A DNA stretch of 62,442 nt from an uncultured Micrococcales bacterium. GTDB lineage: Bacteria; Actinomycetota; Actinomycetes; Actinomycetales; Microbacteriaceae. The stretch covers positions 1 through 62,442 of the forward strand of contig CAIXVE010000082.1 in the NCBI GenBank assembly GCA_903922825.1, read 5' to 3'. A program made the translations under genes and the position numbers. How positions within the stretch are numbered: the stretch's first letter is position 1; every line of letters begins with the position of its first letter. Below the pieces are notes generated by a model, which made no database searches, had not been told where the DNA came from, and saw nothing but the letters and a program-made list of their open reading frames with translations. Shown in pieces: positions 26,722 to 38,812 of this stretch.

Positions 26722-27693
26722 CTATAACCAGTCACGTCTTTTAAAAACCCAATAAAGAATGCCCGAGATGACAACAATCAGAGCAGTTGAAGTAATGAAA
26801 CCATCCTGGGTATCAAAACCAGGGTAGGGCAGGTTTTGGCCATAGAAACCCGTAATAGCGGTTGGAACGGCGATGATGGCAGCCCAGCTGGTCACCTTTT
26901 TCATAATCAGGTTCATTTGATTACCTTGAATGGTCAAATTGGTTTCTAAAAGTGTGGTTACTAAATCTCTAAGCGAATCAGTCCAGTCCCCAACTCGCAT
27001 GATGTGATCGTAAACATCTTGGAAGTAGGGCGCCATGTGTTCCCCTAGGAATTTGGTTTCCCTTCGGACCAGCGGGTTTAGAACTTCACGCATAGGAATG
27101 GCAACTCTTCGAAGCAAAACCAGTGCTTTTCTTAGAGAGTAGCTTCTCTGCTGAATCATCCTGTTGTTTCTTTGAACTTCAAACATCATCGATTCGAGTT
27201 CTTCAAGTTCCATATCCAGCTCTTGAATCACATCAAAGTAGCTATCAACAACAACATCGAGTAGACCCCACAAAAGGTAGTCAACTCCGCCATCGGAAAG
27301 TTCAGCACTCTCATCCCACCGCTTGGTCACAGCAGTCATGTCGAATTCACCAGTTGAGCGAATCGTGATGAGACCGCGTTTAGTCACGAAAACAGACATC
27401 TCGACTGTGTTTAGCTCTTTTGCCTTCTCGTTATATGTGGCGTGATAAAGGTTGATAAATAAGTGGGAATCGTAGTGATCGATCTTTGGTCTTTGCATAC
27501 CTTTAAAGGCATCTTCAACTGCTAGTTCATGAAGGTCTAGGGTCTCTGAAAGATGATGAAGCTCGTCTGGGGTCGGTTCAACGATGTCTAGCCAATAAAC
27601 GGCATTTCTGTCTTTAGCGACTTTGCCTAGCTGTTCCAGTGGGAAATCAACTTCTGTAACTTTCCCTTTTCGATAAATCCGAGATTTCATCAT
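26722..27693 (-). CDS. corA: CorA family Mg2+/divalent cation transporter
   Basis: 'LHELAVED', 'RPKID.Y', 'YFQDVYDH', two C-terminal TMs with GQN variant of GMN. Confidence 0.88.
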   Translation of the reverse strand: MMKSRIYRKGKVTEVDFPLEQLGKVAKDRNAVYWLDIVEPTPDELHHLSETLDLHELAVEDAFKGMQRPKIDHYDSHLFINLYHATYNEKAKELNTVEMSVFVTKRGLITIRSTGEFDMTAVTKRWDESAELSDGGVDYLLWGLLDVVVDSYFDVIQELDMELEELESMMFEVQRNNRMIQQRSYSLRKALVLLRRVAIPMREVLNPLVRRETKFLGEHMAPYFQDVYDHIMRVGDWTDSLRDLVTTLLETNLTIQGNQMNLIMKKVTSWAAIIAVPTAITGFYGQNLPYPGFDTQDGFITSTALIVVISGILYWVFKRRDWL

Positions 27694-27757
27694 GCTCTAA
27701 TGCTATCTAGGGCTTGTGGGGCTTATGGCATTGGCCTTGTTCGCCTAAACTTAACAA

Positions 27758-29449
27758 ATGGACAAAGATATGAAGCCAAGATCTCGGGTAGTTACCGATG
27801 GTATTGAACGTGCGGCTGCTAGAGGAATGCTCAGAGCTGTTGGTATGGGCGATGAGGACTGGGAGAAGCCCCAAATTGGTGTGGCATCTTCATGGAATGA
27901 AGTCACCCCTTGCAACCTATCTTTAGACCGGCTAGCAGATGCCGCTAAGCAAGGTGTTCACGCAGCTCACGGTTACCCACTTGAATTCGGAACCATCTCT
28001 GTCTCTGACGGTATTTCTATGGGCCACGAAGGTATGCACTTCTCACTTGTCTCTCGCGAAGTTATTGCTGACTCAGTTGAGACAGTTATGCAGGCTGAAA
28101 GATTAGACGGTTCTGTTTTGCTAGCTGGTTGTGACAAGTCACTGCCAGGTATGTTGATGGCTGCAGCCAGATTAGATCTTGCTTCAGTGTTTCTTTATGC
28201 AGGAACCATTGCTCCGGGTTGGGTAAAGCTAACTGACGGAACAGAAAAAGAAGTAACCATCATTGACGCTTTTGAAGCTGTCGGTGCTTGCAAGGCCGGC
28301 AAGATGAGCCTTGAAGATCTAGACCGTATTGAAAGAGCTATCTGTCCAGGTGAAGGTGCCTGTGGTGGAATGTATACCGCTAACACAATGGCTAGCGCAG
28401 CTGAAGCTCTAGGTATGTCACTACCTGGTTCTGCTTCACCTCCATCAGCGGATAGAAGAAGAGACAATTGGGCTCACCGTTCAGGTGAAGCAGTGGTTAA
28501 CCTGATTAGTAAAGGTATTACTGCAAGACAGATTTTGACTAAGAAAGCTTTTGAGAACGCTATTGCTGTGACTATGGCTTTTGGTGGTTCAACTAATGCT
28601 GTTCTCCATCTTTTGGCCATCGCTCGTGAAGCTGAAGTTGATTTGACTCTGGATGATTTCAACAAGATTGCAGACAAGGTTCCTCACTTAGGAGACCTAA
28701 AGCCGTTCGGAAGATACGTTATGGCTGATGTTGATCGTGTCGGTGGAGTTCCTGTTGTTATGAAGGCACTTCTAGATGCAGGTCTAATTCACGGTGATGC
28801 ATTAACTGTTACCGGTAAGACTGTTGCTGAAAACCTTGCAGGAATAAATCCACCTGACCCTGATGGCAAGATCATCAGAGCTTTGAATAACCCAATTCAC
28901 AAGACCGGTGGAATTGCAATCCTCAAGGGTTCAATGGCACCTGAAGGTGCTGTTGTGAAGACCGCTGGTTTTGACCTTGAAGATTTCACTGGCCCCGCAC
29001 GTGTTTTCGAAAGAGAAGCTGAAGCTATGCAGGCGCTAACCGATGGCAAGATTTCTGCTGGCGATGTTGTCGTTATTCGCTATGAGGGCCCTAAGGGTGG
29101 ACCAGGTATGCGTGAAATGCTTGCTATCACCGGTGCTATAAAAGGTGCGGGACTAGGTAAAGATGTATTACTCTTGACTGACGGACGATTCTCAGGCGGC
29201 ACAACCGGCCTTTGCATCGGACACATAGCACCAGAAGCGATGGACGGAGGTCCAATTGCTCTGGTCCGCGATTCAGACTTGATTCGAGTTAACATCGCAG
29301 CTCGCACGCTCGAACTACTAGTTGAGCCAGAAGAGTTGGCAGCCCGCAAAGCCGCATGGGTGCCTTTAGAACCCCGCTACACCAGAGGTGTTTTGGCCAA
29401 GTATTCCAAATTGGTTCATTCCGCTGCCGAAGGTGCATACTGCGGTTAA
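27758..29449 (+). CDS. ilvD: Dihydroxy-acid dehydratase
   Basis: 'TPCN', 'GCDKSLPG', '[12 protein letters not shown]', '[11 protein letters not shown]', 'TDGRFSG'. Confidence 0.97.
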   Translation: MDKDMKPRSRVVTDGIERAAARGMLRAVGMGDEDWEKPQIGVASSWNEVTPCNLSLDRLADAAKQGVHAAHGYPLEFGTISVSDGISMGHEGMHFSLVSREVIADSVETVMQAERLDGSVLLAGCDKSLPGMLMAAARLDLASVFLYAGTIAPGWVKLTDGTEKEVTIIDAFEAVGACKAGKMSLEDLDRIERAICPGEGACGGMYTANTMASAAEALGMSLPGSASPPSADRRRDNWAHRSGEAVVNLISKGITARQILTKKAFENAIAVTMAFGGSTNAVLHLLAIAREAEVDLTLDDFNKIADKVPHLGDLKPFGRYVMADVDRVGGVPVVMKALLDAGLIHGDALTVTGKTVAENLAGINPPDPDGKIIRALNNPIHKTGGIAILKGSMAPEGAVVKTAGFDLEDFTGPARVFEREAEAMQALTDGKISAGDVVVIRYEGPKGGPGMREMLAITGAIKGAGLGKDVLLLTDGRFSGGTTGLCIGHIAPEAMDGGPIALVRDSDLIRVNIAARTLELLVEPEELAARKAAWVPLEPRYTRGVLAKYSKLVHSAAEGAYCG

Positions 29450-29463
29450 TCCAAGGGAATTAG

Positions 29464-31224
29464 ATGACTAACGAGATTTTGACAGGTGCTCAGGCGATTG
29501 TTCGCAGCCTTGAGCTTCTAGGTGTGACCGACATTTTTGGTCTACCTGGTGGAGCTATTTTGCCTACCTACGATCCGCTTATGGATTCAACCAAGATTAG
29601 ACACATTTTGGTTCGTCACGAACAAGGTGCTGGTCACGCAGCAGAAGGATATGCTTCGGCTTCAGGAAAACTTGGTGTTTGTATTGCAACTTCAGGCCCT
29701 GGAGCTACCAACCTGGTAACAGCTATTGCTGATGCACACATGGACTCTGTTCCATTGCTTGCTATCACCGGTCAGGTGAACAGCACATCGATTGGAACTG
29801 ACGCATTCCAAGAAGCAGACATCGTTGGTATCACTATGCCAATCACCAAGCACTCATTTCTAGTTACTAAAGCAGAAGACATTCCTGCAACTCTTGCTGC
29901 AGCTGTTTTGATTGCAACTACTGGTCGACCAGGTCCAGTTCTGGTTGACATCGCTAAAGATGCTCAGAATGCTAAAGCAGAATTTATTTGGCCACCTAAG
30001 GTTGAACTTCCTGGTTATAAGCCAGTTACAAAACCGCACGGGAAGCAAGTTCAGGCTGCAGCACAGATGATTGCTGAATCCAAACGTCCTGTTTTATATG
30101 TTGGTGGCGGAATCGTAAGAGCAAATGCCAGTCAAGAACTTTTAGAGCTAGCCAGAATTACTGGTGCACCTGTAGTAACAACGCTTATGGCTCGTGGAGC
30201 TTTCCCTGATTCAGATCCGCAGAACCTAGGTATGCCAGGCATGCACGGAACTGTTCCTGCGGTAACAGCACTACAAAAGAGCGATCTTTTAATTACTCTT
30301 GGTGCACGTTTCGATGACCGCGTTACCGGTCAAGTGAAGAGCTTTGCAGTGAATGCAAAAGTTATTCACATTGACATCGATCCTGCTGAGATTGGCAAGA
30401 TCAAGTTTGCTGATATTCCAATCGTTGGTGACCTAAAGGAAGTTCTTCCAGAACTAAACGATGAACTTCGTAAAGAACTAGGTTCAAAGAAACTTGATAT
30501 CGCCGAGTGGTGGGTTTTCCTAAACGAGCTTCGTGCGAAGTATCCACTTGGTTATACCGAACCTGAAGATGGAAAGCTTTCACCGCAGTTTGTTATCTCA
30601 CGTATTGGTGAGATCAGCGGACCTGAAGCAGTATTTGCTGCCGGTGTTGGTCAGCACCAGATGTGGTCAGCACAGTTTATTAAATATGAACGTCCTAACT
30701 CTTGGTTGAACTCGGGTGGTGCTGGAACTATGGGTTATTCAGTTCCTGCAGCCATGGGTGCAAAAGTTGCTCAACCGGAAAGATTAGTTTGGGCTATCGA
30801 TGGTGATGGTTGCTTCCAGATGACCAACCAAGAACTTGCTACCTGCACAATCAATAACATTCCAATCAAAGTTGCAATCATCAACAACTCTTCTTTGGGA
30901 ATGGTTAGACAGTGGCAAACACTGTTCTATAACTCCCGTTACTCAAACACTGATTTGAATACTGGAACTGACACCATGATGGTCCCAGATTTTGTGAAGC
31001 TTGCTGAAGCTTATGGCTGCCTTGGTATTCGTGTTGAAAGCGAAGACGAAGTTGATGCGGCAATCAAGCTGGCTATCGAGACTAATGACCGTCCCGTTGT
31101 GATTGATTTCATTGTTGGTCGAGATGCAATGGTTTGGCCGATGGTGCCAGCTGGTCTATCTAACGATGAGGTTCAGTTCGCTAGAGATTCAAGACCAGTT
31201 TGGGAAGAAGGGGAGGAGGAGTAA
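29464..31224 (+). CDS. ilvB: Acetolactate synthase large subunit
   Basis: 'GLPGGAILP', 'RHEQGA', 'TSGPGATN', 'GDGCFQM'. Confidence 0.96.
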   Translation: MTNEILTGAQAIVRSLELLGVTDIFGLPGGAILPTYDPLMDSTKIRHILVRHEQGAGHAAEGYASASGKLGVCIATSGPGATNLVTAIADAHMDSVPLLAITGQVNSTSIGTDAFQEADIVGITMPITKHSFLVTKAEDIPATLAAAVLIATTGRPGPVLVDIAKDAQNAKAEFIWPPKVELPGYKPVTKPHGKQVQAAAQMIAESKRPVLYVGGGIVRANASQELLELARITGAPVVTTLMARGAFPDSDPQNLGMPGMHGTVPAVTALQKSDLLITLGARFDDRVTGQVKSFAVNAKVIHIDIDPAEIGKIKFADIPIVGDLKEVLPELNDELRKELGSKKLDIAEWWVFLNELRAKYPLGYTEPEDGKLSPQFVISRIGEISGPEAVFAAGVGQHQMWSAQFIKYERPNSWLNSGGAGTMGYSVPAAMGAKVAQPERLVWAIDGDGCFQMTNQELATCTINNIPIKVAIINNSSLGMVRQWQTLFYNSRYSNTDLNTGTDTMMVPDFVKLAEAYGCLGIRVESEDEVDAAIKLAIETNDRPVVIDFIVGRDAMVWPMVPAGLSNDEVQFARDSRPVWEEGEEE

Positions 31225-31730
31225 TGTCTAAGCACGTTCTATCTCTCTTGGTTGAAGACCGTCCAGGTCTACTAACCCGCGTAGCTGGTTTGTTTGCTCG
31301 CCGTGGCTTCAACATCGAGTCATTGGCAGTCGGTCAAACTGAGGTCCCTGGTTTCTCCAGAATCACAGTGGTAGTTAGCGTTGAGGGTGCTCCTTTGGAG
31401 CAGGTCACTAAGCAGCTAAATAAGCTAATCAACGTCATTAAGGTGGTTGAACTAGAGCCAGAGACCACTGTTGAGCGCGATCACATGCTGATTAAGGTCA
31501 AAACCGATCCAACAACCCGCTCTCAGGTTCTAGAGGCGGTAACCTTATTCCGTGCCCGTGTCATCGACGTCGCGAGCGATGCATTGATTATTGAAATCAC
31601 AGGCGAAACAGCTAAATGTGAAGCCTTCCTCAAAGTCTTAGAACCCTACGGCATCAAAGAACTAGTTCAGTCTGGTGTTTTGGCTATGGGTCGAGGATCT
31701 AAATCAATCACCGAAAAAGTTTTGAAGTAA
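31224..31730 (+). CDS. ilvN: Acetolactate synthase small subunit
   Basis: ACT domain 'LFARRGFNIESL', 'KQLNKLINV'; TAATG overlap. Confidence 0.95.
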   Translation: MSKHVLSLLVEDRPGLLTRVAGLFARRGFNIESLAVGQTEVPGFSRITVVVSVEGAPLEQVTKQLNKLINVIKVVELEPETTVERDHMLIKVKTDPTTRSQVLEAVTLFRARVIDVASDALIIEITGETAKCEAFLKVLEPYGIKELVQSGVLAMGRGSKSITEKVLK

Positions 31731-32789
<1,059 letters not shown>

Positions 32790-32805
32790 TCAAAAAGTGG
32801 AAACC

Positions 32806-32841
32806 TGTGAAATCCCGAGTATTGTTACTCGGGATTTCACA
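32806..32841 (+). terminator. Terminator hairpin after ilvC
   Basis: Perfect 16-bp stem TGTGAAATCCCGAGTA / TACTCGGGATTTCACA with 4-nt loop. Confidence 0.8.
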
Positions 32842-32842
32842 C

Positions 32843-32886
32843 TTAAGGGAACATTTTAGACACCTTAGGGAACTAAAATGAGACAC
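32843..32886 (+). repeat. Imperfect tandem direct repeat AGGGAAC..AGACAC x2
   Basis: TTAAGGGAACATTTTAGACAC / TTAGGGAACTAAAATGAGACAC. Confidence 0.55.
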
Positions 32887-32943
32887 AAGACTTTTTGGAA
32901 ATGTGCGTTTTTCTGAAGTGGCAGATTTTGAAATGGGACTCTT

Positions 32944-35900
32944 ATGTTCAAGCATTTGAAATTGGTTTTCAGGAAAGTTGCTGTGATTTTCGCAGTGGCT
33001 GGATTTTTAGTCGCGCCTAGTTTGACGATTGATCCGGCTCAAGCTGACACTAGAACAGATCGTCTTTTGGAAAGATATCAACCTCCAGGTTTTGGCGGAA
33101 ACTCACCTTTAGAGCTCGGAGTTTTGGTTCAGGCTTCCAAAGACGGATGGATTACTCAGGTTTATTTCTATAAATATTGGGGTGACGATGGTGGCCATTC
33201 AGCACACATCTGGTCTGACAACGGAACACTTCTTGGCTCTCAAGATTTTGTAAGTGAAACTACGGGATGGCAGGTCGTCACCTTGGATAATCCTGTCCAG
33301 ATTGTGGCAGGGCAAATCTTCACTGTCTCGGTTTACGGTGCTAATTTCTATTTTGCTGGTGGTTCATTCCCAACTAGAACTTCGGGCCCTCTAACGATTC
33401 TCGACAGTAGTTATAAATACACCGACCATCCAGAATTCCCCCAAGATAGTGTCCATACGAACTATGCAATAGATTTCAGTTTCACAAGTGATTCAGACCC
33501 AGCCAATCCTGAACCAGACCCTGGTTTGAGAGCGGATGTTTATTCGCTTGACGGCGGAGATCTCCCAAATCACACCCCTGATTATGTGCTTTGTTCATCG
33601 AAAACTTTCACCGCTTGGCATTCAGTTGATGCTATAGATCATCTATTTGATTCCGATTATGGTGGCATCGTTGCGGGCTGTGCAGCTGACCAGGTGATGA
33701 TTCACTATTCTGGCTACATTACTTGGCCAAAAACGCAAACGGTAAAACTTCAAGCGCTGGCTGATGATGGCTTCTTCATGACTTTGGACGGGGAGACAGT
33801 TATTGACGACTGGTCTCTTAAAGGTTGCTCTGGGTCGATTGTTACTCACTCATTCGTTGCAAATGAACCTCAAAAACTAGACGCTTGGTTTTACGAATGG
33901 GGCGGTGGGGCTTGCAGCAGGCTTGGTTACATCCAAGACGGTGACTTTACACCGATTCCTAAAGATGCCTACACAAAAAACGCACTTTACACATCTTGGG
34001 GATTACCAGCCGTAGCGCCTTCCAAGCCAAGAAATGTGCAGGCAACAGTTTCTGGTTTGGACATAAACGTTTCTTGGGACGAACCTGCAAGCGATGGTGG
34101 ATCCGACATCAGCGGTTACACCGTAACGGCAACAAGTGGCGGAAGCTCTTTTAGTTGTCAATCAAGTGCGATTAGTAAAAGTTGTACATTGCCTCTGCTT
34201 CCCGCAGGAAGGGACTACTCGATAACAGTCGTGGCACATAGCAACTCAGGAACTTTACATTCCCAAGATTCAGACTCGATAACTAAATCAATTGGAACGG
34301 GAGTACTGCACCCAACGCTAACCGCACCGCGAATGGATCCACTCACCTTCGGTCAGGCTTTATCTGCTGGTGCTCTCCTTGGCGGATCTTCTAATACTCC
34401 GGGTTCATTCAGTTACAAATTCCCTAACACCCAACCAAGCGTGGGCTCATCTCAGGTTGATGTTGTCTTTACCCCAGAGGACACAACAACGTACACGACT
34501 GAATCTCTAACAATAGATGTCTTAGTCAACAAAGCACCGCGTTCACTGGTTTGGTCAAACCAAACTGACGAGGATTGGGATTATGGACTTTCTCACAATG
34601 CCCAAGCAACTGCATCCATAGGTGTTGGCGCAATTTCCTACAGCGTTTTGAACTCGACCAGTGTATGTTCAGTAAACGCTAACACCGGCGAGCTTTCAGC
34701 ACTGCGAGCGGGGAACTGTTTAGTTGAGGCGACAATCGAATCTGATGGCAACTATCTTGCTGTTTCAAGTCAAAAAACTTTGTCAGTGCTTCCAGTCGAG
34801 CCTTCCTCACCGACCAACTTGGCGGTTGCCCTTGATGGCACATCTGCAACTGTGAGCTGGACAGCACCAAGCAGTGATGGCGGAACAGAAATTTCGAGCT
34901 ATTCCGTGACTCTAAAAAATAGTGATGAGACCAAATCTTGCTCGGCACCAGCTTCAGCCACATCTTGCAAAATCGAAGGTCTAACCCAAGGAGTGGATTA
35001 CTCGGTTGAAGTTATCGCTTTATCTAATCAAGAGAAACTTCAATCATTACCTGGTTCAGTGGACCTAGCTGTCCCTACACAGGTTCTAGAGCCCATACCT
35101 GATCCAGAACCAACTGCCGAGCCGTATGTTGACCCGAGACCATTCGAACCCATAAATCCTGTTGTTGATGACCCCGCCGGCGTTGCACAAAAAACCGTGG
35201 CCGCAATCACTCTGGTTAGCGCTGTCGCAGCAGCAGGAGCCGCAGTTGCTGGTGCCGCAGGCGCTGTCGGAGCTGCCGGTGGTGCTGCTTCAGGAGGAGC
35301 AAAAGCAGATTCAAAGTCAGACAGCGGTGAAGGGAAAGATCGTCCAGTTGAACAGGTTGGTCACCTTAGACATTTGAGTCGAGGAAAGATTGATGACTCA
35401 GCACTCTTTGGAGGTTCAGGTCGATGGGGAGATCTACTCAAGATTTGGAGCTTGCCTATTATTGTTGCGCTAGATAATCCGCCCAAGAAAATTGCACAGA
35501 GACTCGGAAAAGTTTTGCCACTGGGTGCAAAGATTTTCTCCGATGGGGCTTATCTTCGAGCCATGTTCGGCACCTTCTCTGCCTTGCTTCCGTTGACGTC
35601 AATAGTAATTGCGATTGCTGGAGTAATCCAAGCGAATGCACTACTGGTTCTTCCTCCTGTTGCAGTAGTTGCGGGGCTAGTGCTAATCGGAACTTTTGAC
35701 GTTTTGGCAGGTTTTTTGGGAACTCTAACTCTGGCTGTTGGACTAGCTGTAACGGCAGGAATACATTCAGCAGCAGATGTTAGGTTCCTTTTTGGTGTCG
35801 TTGCACTGGGAATAGTTCCTCGAGTAATTTCAGGTGCTTTCAGAGTCTTGAGGCGCGAGGTGAAACCAGGACTTTCATATTTCTGGGAAAGACTGCTTGA

Positions 35901-36594
35901 TTATGTAGTAGCGCCGATGCTTGCAGCCTGGGCTTCTCTGCAAATTGTCGAAATGCTGCCAATTTTTGCTGGTATCGCAATCCCAGTTGAAGAGTTAGCC
36001 AAGACTCTGCCAGTTGTTGTTGCAGCTGGAATGATTATTCGTGTTTCACTTGAAGAAATAGCTGGAAGATATTTCCCAGATCGTATTTCGTATGTCCAAG
36101 TTACTGATGTTCCTAAAGCTCCGCTAACCCAAGTGCTGATTTCAACTATTCTCCGCGCATCAACTTTTGCTTTCGTCGCCATAGCTCTAATAGGTGTCAG
36201 CTGGCACTTGATAGTCGGTGCTTTCATATTTGTTTTGCCCAATATTCTAGGGCTCTTCCAATCCAAGTTCCCTAACTCAAGGAAGCTCTACCACCTGATG
36301 CCTCAAGGTTTAGTGAATCTATGTGTGAGTCTCTGGTTAGGCCAAATCACTCTCCTTGTTATCACAGGAATATTTCATCAGACCCCTGAGTTAGCGAAGC
36401 TTGGCTTTGTTCTGCTGCCAATCCCAACATTGATTCTGAGCATTCTAAAGTTGTTTGGACGTCACGGACGAGAAGGCGAACCTAGGTTTTATGAGAAACC
36501 AAGCATGGGCTGGTTTTATAGGTTTGGAACTGTGATTATGCTGATCATCACTGCAGAGCTGACCCACACAATCAACTTAATAAACATGTTCTAA
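32944..36594 (+). CDS. 1216-aa surface protein: signal peptide, DUF4082, PA14, FN3/Ig-like repeats, Pro-rich stalk, polytopic membrane C-terminus
   Basis: 'LELGV...GWITQVYFYK...GWQ..L..PV...NYAID' (DUF4082); 'YSGYI...ALADDGF..LDG..VIDDW..YEWGG' (PA14); two 'P..P...VSW..P.SDGG..I..Y.V' FN3 units; about 10 or more TMs. Confidence 0.78.
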   Translation: MFKHLKLVFRKVAVIFAVAGFLVAPSLTIDPAQADTRTDRLLERYQPPGFGGNSPLELGVLVQASKDGWITQVYFYKYWGDDGGHSAHIWSDNGTLLGSQDFVSETTGWQVVTLDNPVQIVAGQIFTVSVYGANFYFAGGSFPTRTSGPLTILDSSYKYTDHPEFPQDSVHTNYAIDFSFTSDSDPANPEPDPGLRADVYSLDGGDLPNHTPDYVLCSSKTFTAWHSVDAIDHLFDSDYGGIVAGCAADQVMIHYSGYITWPKTQTVKLQALADDGFFMTLDGETVIDDWSLKGCSGSIVTHSFVANEPQKLDAWFYEWGGGACSRLGYIQDGDFTPIPKDAYTKNALYTSWGLPAVAPSKPRNVQATVSGLDINVSWDEPASDGGSDISGYTVTATSGGSSFSCQSSAISKSCTLPLLPAGRDYSITVVAHSNSGTLHSQDSDSITKSIGTGVLHPTLTAPRMDPLTFGQALSAGALLGGSSNTPGSFSYKFPNTQPSVGSSQVDVVFTPEDTTTYTTESLTIDVLVNKAPRSLVWSNQTDEDWDYGLSHNAQATASIGVGAISYSVLNSTSVCSVNANTGELSALRAGNCLVEATIESDGNYLAVSSQKTLSVLPVEPSSPTNLAVALDGTSATVSWTAPSSDGGTEISSYSVTLKNSDETKSCSAPASATSCKIEGLTQGVDYSVEVIALSNQEKLQSLPGSVDLAVPTQVLEPIPDPEPTAEPYVDPRPFEPINPVVDDPAGVAQKTVAAITLVSAVAAAGAAVAGAAGAVGAAGGAASGGAKADSKSDSGEGKDRPVEQVGHLRHLSRGKIDDSALFGGSGRWGDLLKIWSLPIIVALDNPPKKIAQRLGKVLPLGAKIFSDGAYLRAMFGTFSALLPLTSIVIAIAGVIQANALLVLPPVAVVAGLVLIGTFDVLAGFLGTLTLAVGLAVTAGIHSAADVRFLFGVVALGIVPRVISGAFRVLRREVKPGLSYFWERLLDYVVAPMLAAWASLQIVEMLPIFAGIAIPVEELAKTLPVVVAAGMIIRVSLEEIAGRYFPDRISYVQVTDVPKAPLTQVLISTILRASTFAFVAIALIGVSWHLIVGAFIFVLPNILGLFQSKFPNSRKLYHLMPQGLVNLCVSLWLGQITLLVITGIFHQTPELAKLGFVLLPIPTLILSILKLFGRHGREGEPRFYEKPSMGWFYRFGTVIMLIITAELTHTINLINMF

Positions 36595-37127
36595 AGGGAT
36601 CTTTTATAAACCTCTTCAATGATTCCTGAAGGGTATTGCTTTTCATCCATGAGAGTGAAGTTGTTATAGGCAGAGTCATCAACAAAAGCTTTGATGCCTT
36701 CACCTAGTTCTTCAGGACAAACAAAGAGTCTCATAGTGTCAATCAGGTTTGCTTCAATAAGTTGTTGAGCAACATTTGCTCCGCCCATCACAAATATCTG
36801 GCCTGGGTTACGCATTTTGATAAGCGCAACCACCGGGGCGATATCGCCACCAACAAAGTTGATGTTCTCAACATTGGCATTCTCATAGAGTTCTGGGATA
36901 TGGGTTAGGACATAGGTAGGGAGGGGCCTTGGGCCTTCAATACCACTTTCTATTTCCCATTCAAAAGTGCCTCTGCCCATCAAGATGGCACTAGAGGATG
37001 TGACCAGTTGAACATATCCATAGTCTTCACCTGATGCCAAGTATTTCTCTGCCCAGCTCATATCCCCGTTAGGGCCAGCCAGGTAGCCATCGGCTGAGAT
37101 GGCTGCATAGAAGATCAGTTCGGTCAC
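36591..37127 (-). CDS. Dihydrofolate reductase family (RibD C-terminal-like) protein
   Basis: 'AISADGYLAGPNG', 'ILMGRGTF', 'FVMGGA', 'LGEGI'. Confidence 0.85.
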   Translation of the reverse strand: MTELIFYAAISADGYLAGPNGDMSWAEKYLASGEDYGYVQLVTSSSAILMGRGTFEWEIESGIEGPRPLPTYVLTHIPELYENANVENINFVGGDIAPVVALIKMRNPGQIFVMGGANVAQQLIEANLIDTMRLFVCPEELGEGIKAFVDDSAYNNFTLMDEKQYPSGIIEEVYKRSL

Positions 37128-37218
37128 ACATCAAGACTAAGTCAGGCTTTGGGTAGGATGGACTTACGCTTCGCTGTTGCAGCCTAAAAATCACCCCTAA
37201 TTTACGAGGACTATCACC

Positions 37219-38811
37219 TTGGCTAAACCTATTGTTCTTATTGCTGAAGAACTTTCACCGGCAACCCTTGAAGCGCTTGGACCTGACTTTGAGGTACGTA
37301 ATGTCGATGGCACCGACCGTAAAACTCTTTTGGAAGCGCTTGCCACTGCTAATGCAATTCTGATTAGATCTGCAACTCAAGTAGATGCAGAAGCTATCGC
37401 CGCTGCACCTAATCTAAAGGTTATTGCCCGCGCTGGTGTTGGTCTAGATAACGTTGACATCAAAGCTGCTACCAGCGCCGGCGTGATGGTGGTTAATGCA
37501 CCAACTTCAAACGTTATTTCAGCAGCTGAGTTAGCTATCGCACATATCTTCTCTTTAGCTCGTTTTATTCCGGATGCTAATGCTTCGCTGAAGGCAGGGA
37601 AGTGGCAGCGTTCAAAGTTCACCGGCGTTGAACTATATGAGAAGACCATTGGAATTGTTGGACTAGGTCGTATCGGTTCTTTAGTTGCCGAGAGGCTAAA
37701 AGGTTTTGGAACAACACTTATTGGTTATGACCCTTATGTGACAGCTTCTAGAGCAGAACAAATGGGTGTTGAGTTGGTAACCCTTCCTGAACTAATGAAG
37801 AGATCTGATTTCATAACTATTCACATTCCTAAGACGGCTGAAACAACAGGAATGATCTCAACCGAACAGTTCGCGATGGCTAAAGATTCTTTGCGTATAG
37901 TTAACGCTTCACGCGGTGGAATTATCGATGAAGCTGCACTTTATGAAGCTTTGAAATCTAAGCAAATTGCTGGTGCTGGTCTTGATGTGTTTGTGAACGA
38001 GCCACCAACCGATTCACCACTTTTGACTTTAGAGAATATTGTGGTGACCCCTCACCTAGGCGCTTCAACCGATGAAGCTCAAGAAAAAGCTGGTATCTCT
38101 GTTGCCAGAAGCGTAAGGCTTGCTCTTGCTGGAGATCTAGTTCCAGATGCTGTGAACGTAGCTGGTGGTGTGATTGATGCTTCAGTGAAACCAGGCATTG
38201 CTCTAATGGAAAACATGGGACAGCTGCTGTTTGGTATTTCTGGTGGCAATGTCACTTCAATAGATGTTGAGGTTCGCGGAGAGATAGCGGTTCACGATGT
38301 TTCTGTTCTCAAACTTGCAGGACTCAAAGGCTTCTATCAGAATGCCGTTACTGAGCAAGTTTCATATGTGAATGCACCTTTGTTGGCTCAAGCCAGAGGT
38401 GTTGAAGTGAAACTATCTGTTGACTCTTTATCTGAGGAATATCGAAACGTGACAACCATCAAGGCAACACTTGCTGATGGTAGTTCGGCTTCTGTTTCAG
38501 GAACAGTGATTGGACCTAAGCTGCACCAGAAGATTGTGAACATCAATGGTTACGATGTTGAGTTGGCCATGGCGGAACACTTTGTGATGATGGTCTATAC
38601 GGATCGCCCGGGTATTGTTGCTGTTTACGGTAAAGCTTTTGCTGAAAACAACATCAACATCGCAGGCATGCAGATTGCAAGAAACTCTAAGGGCGGTAAA
38701 GCTCTTTCTGTAATTACCGTTGACTCTCAGGTATCACCAAAAGTGCTTGAAGAGGTAAGAGTTGCAATTGATGCAGAAGCTCTGAAGGCGATTGATCTAA
38801 AGCTGGAATAG
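37219..38811 (+). CDS. serA: D-3-phosphoglycerate dehydrogenase
   Basis: 'RAGVGLDNVD', 'GLGRIG', 'TPHLGAST', C-terminal ACT domain. Confidence 0.97.
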   Translation: MAKPIVLIAEELSPATLEALGPDFEVRNVDGTDRKTLLEALATANAILIRSATQVDAEAIAAAPNLKVIARAGVGLDNVDIKAATSAGVMVVNAPTSNVISAAELAIAHIFSLARFIPDANASLKAGKWQRSKFTGVELYEKTIGIVGLGRIGSLVAERLKGFGTTLIGYDPYVTASRAEQMGVELVTLPELMKRSDFITIHIPKTAETTGMISTEQFAMAKDSLRIVNASRGGIIDEAALYEALKSKQIAGAGLDVFVNEPPTDSPLLTLENIVVTPHLGASTDEAQEKAGISVARSVRLALAGDLVPDAVNVAGGVIDASVKPGIALMENMGQLLFGISGGNVTSIDVEVRGEIAVHDVSVLKLAGLKGFYQNAVTEQVSYVNAPLLAQARGVEVKLSVDSLSEEYRNVTTIKATLADGSSASVSGTVIGPKLHQKIVNINGYDVELAMAEHFVMMVYTDRPGIVAVYGKAFAENNINIAGMQIARNSKGGKALSVITVDSQVSPKVLEEVRVAIDAEALKAIDLKLE

Positions 38812-38812
38812 T

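Noticed and set aside
26722-26900. CorA GQN instead of GMN
   Set aside because: GxN variants occur in actinobacterial CorA paralogues; not enough to infer altered specificity
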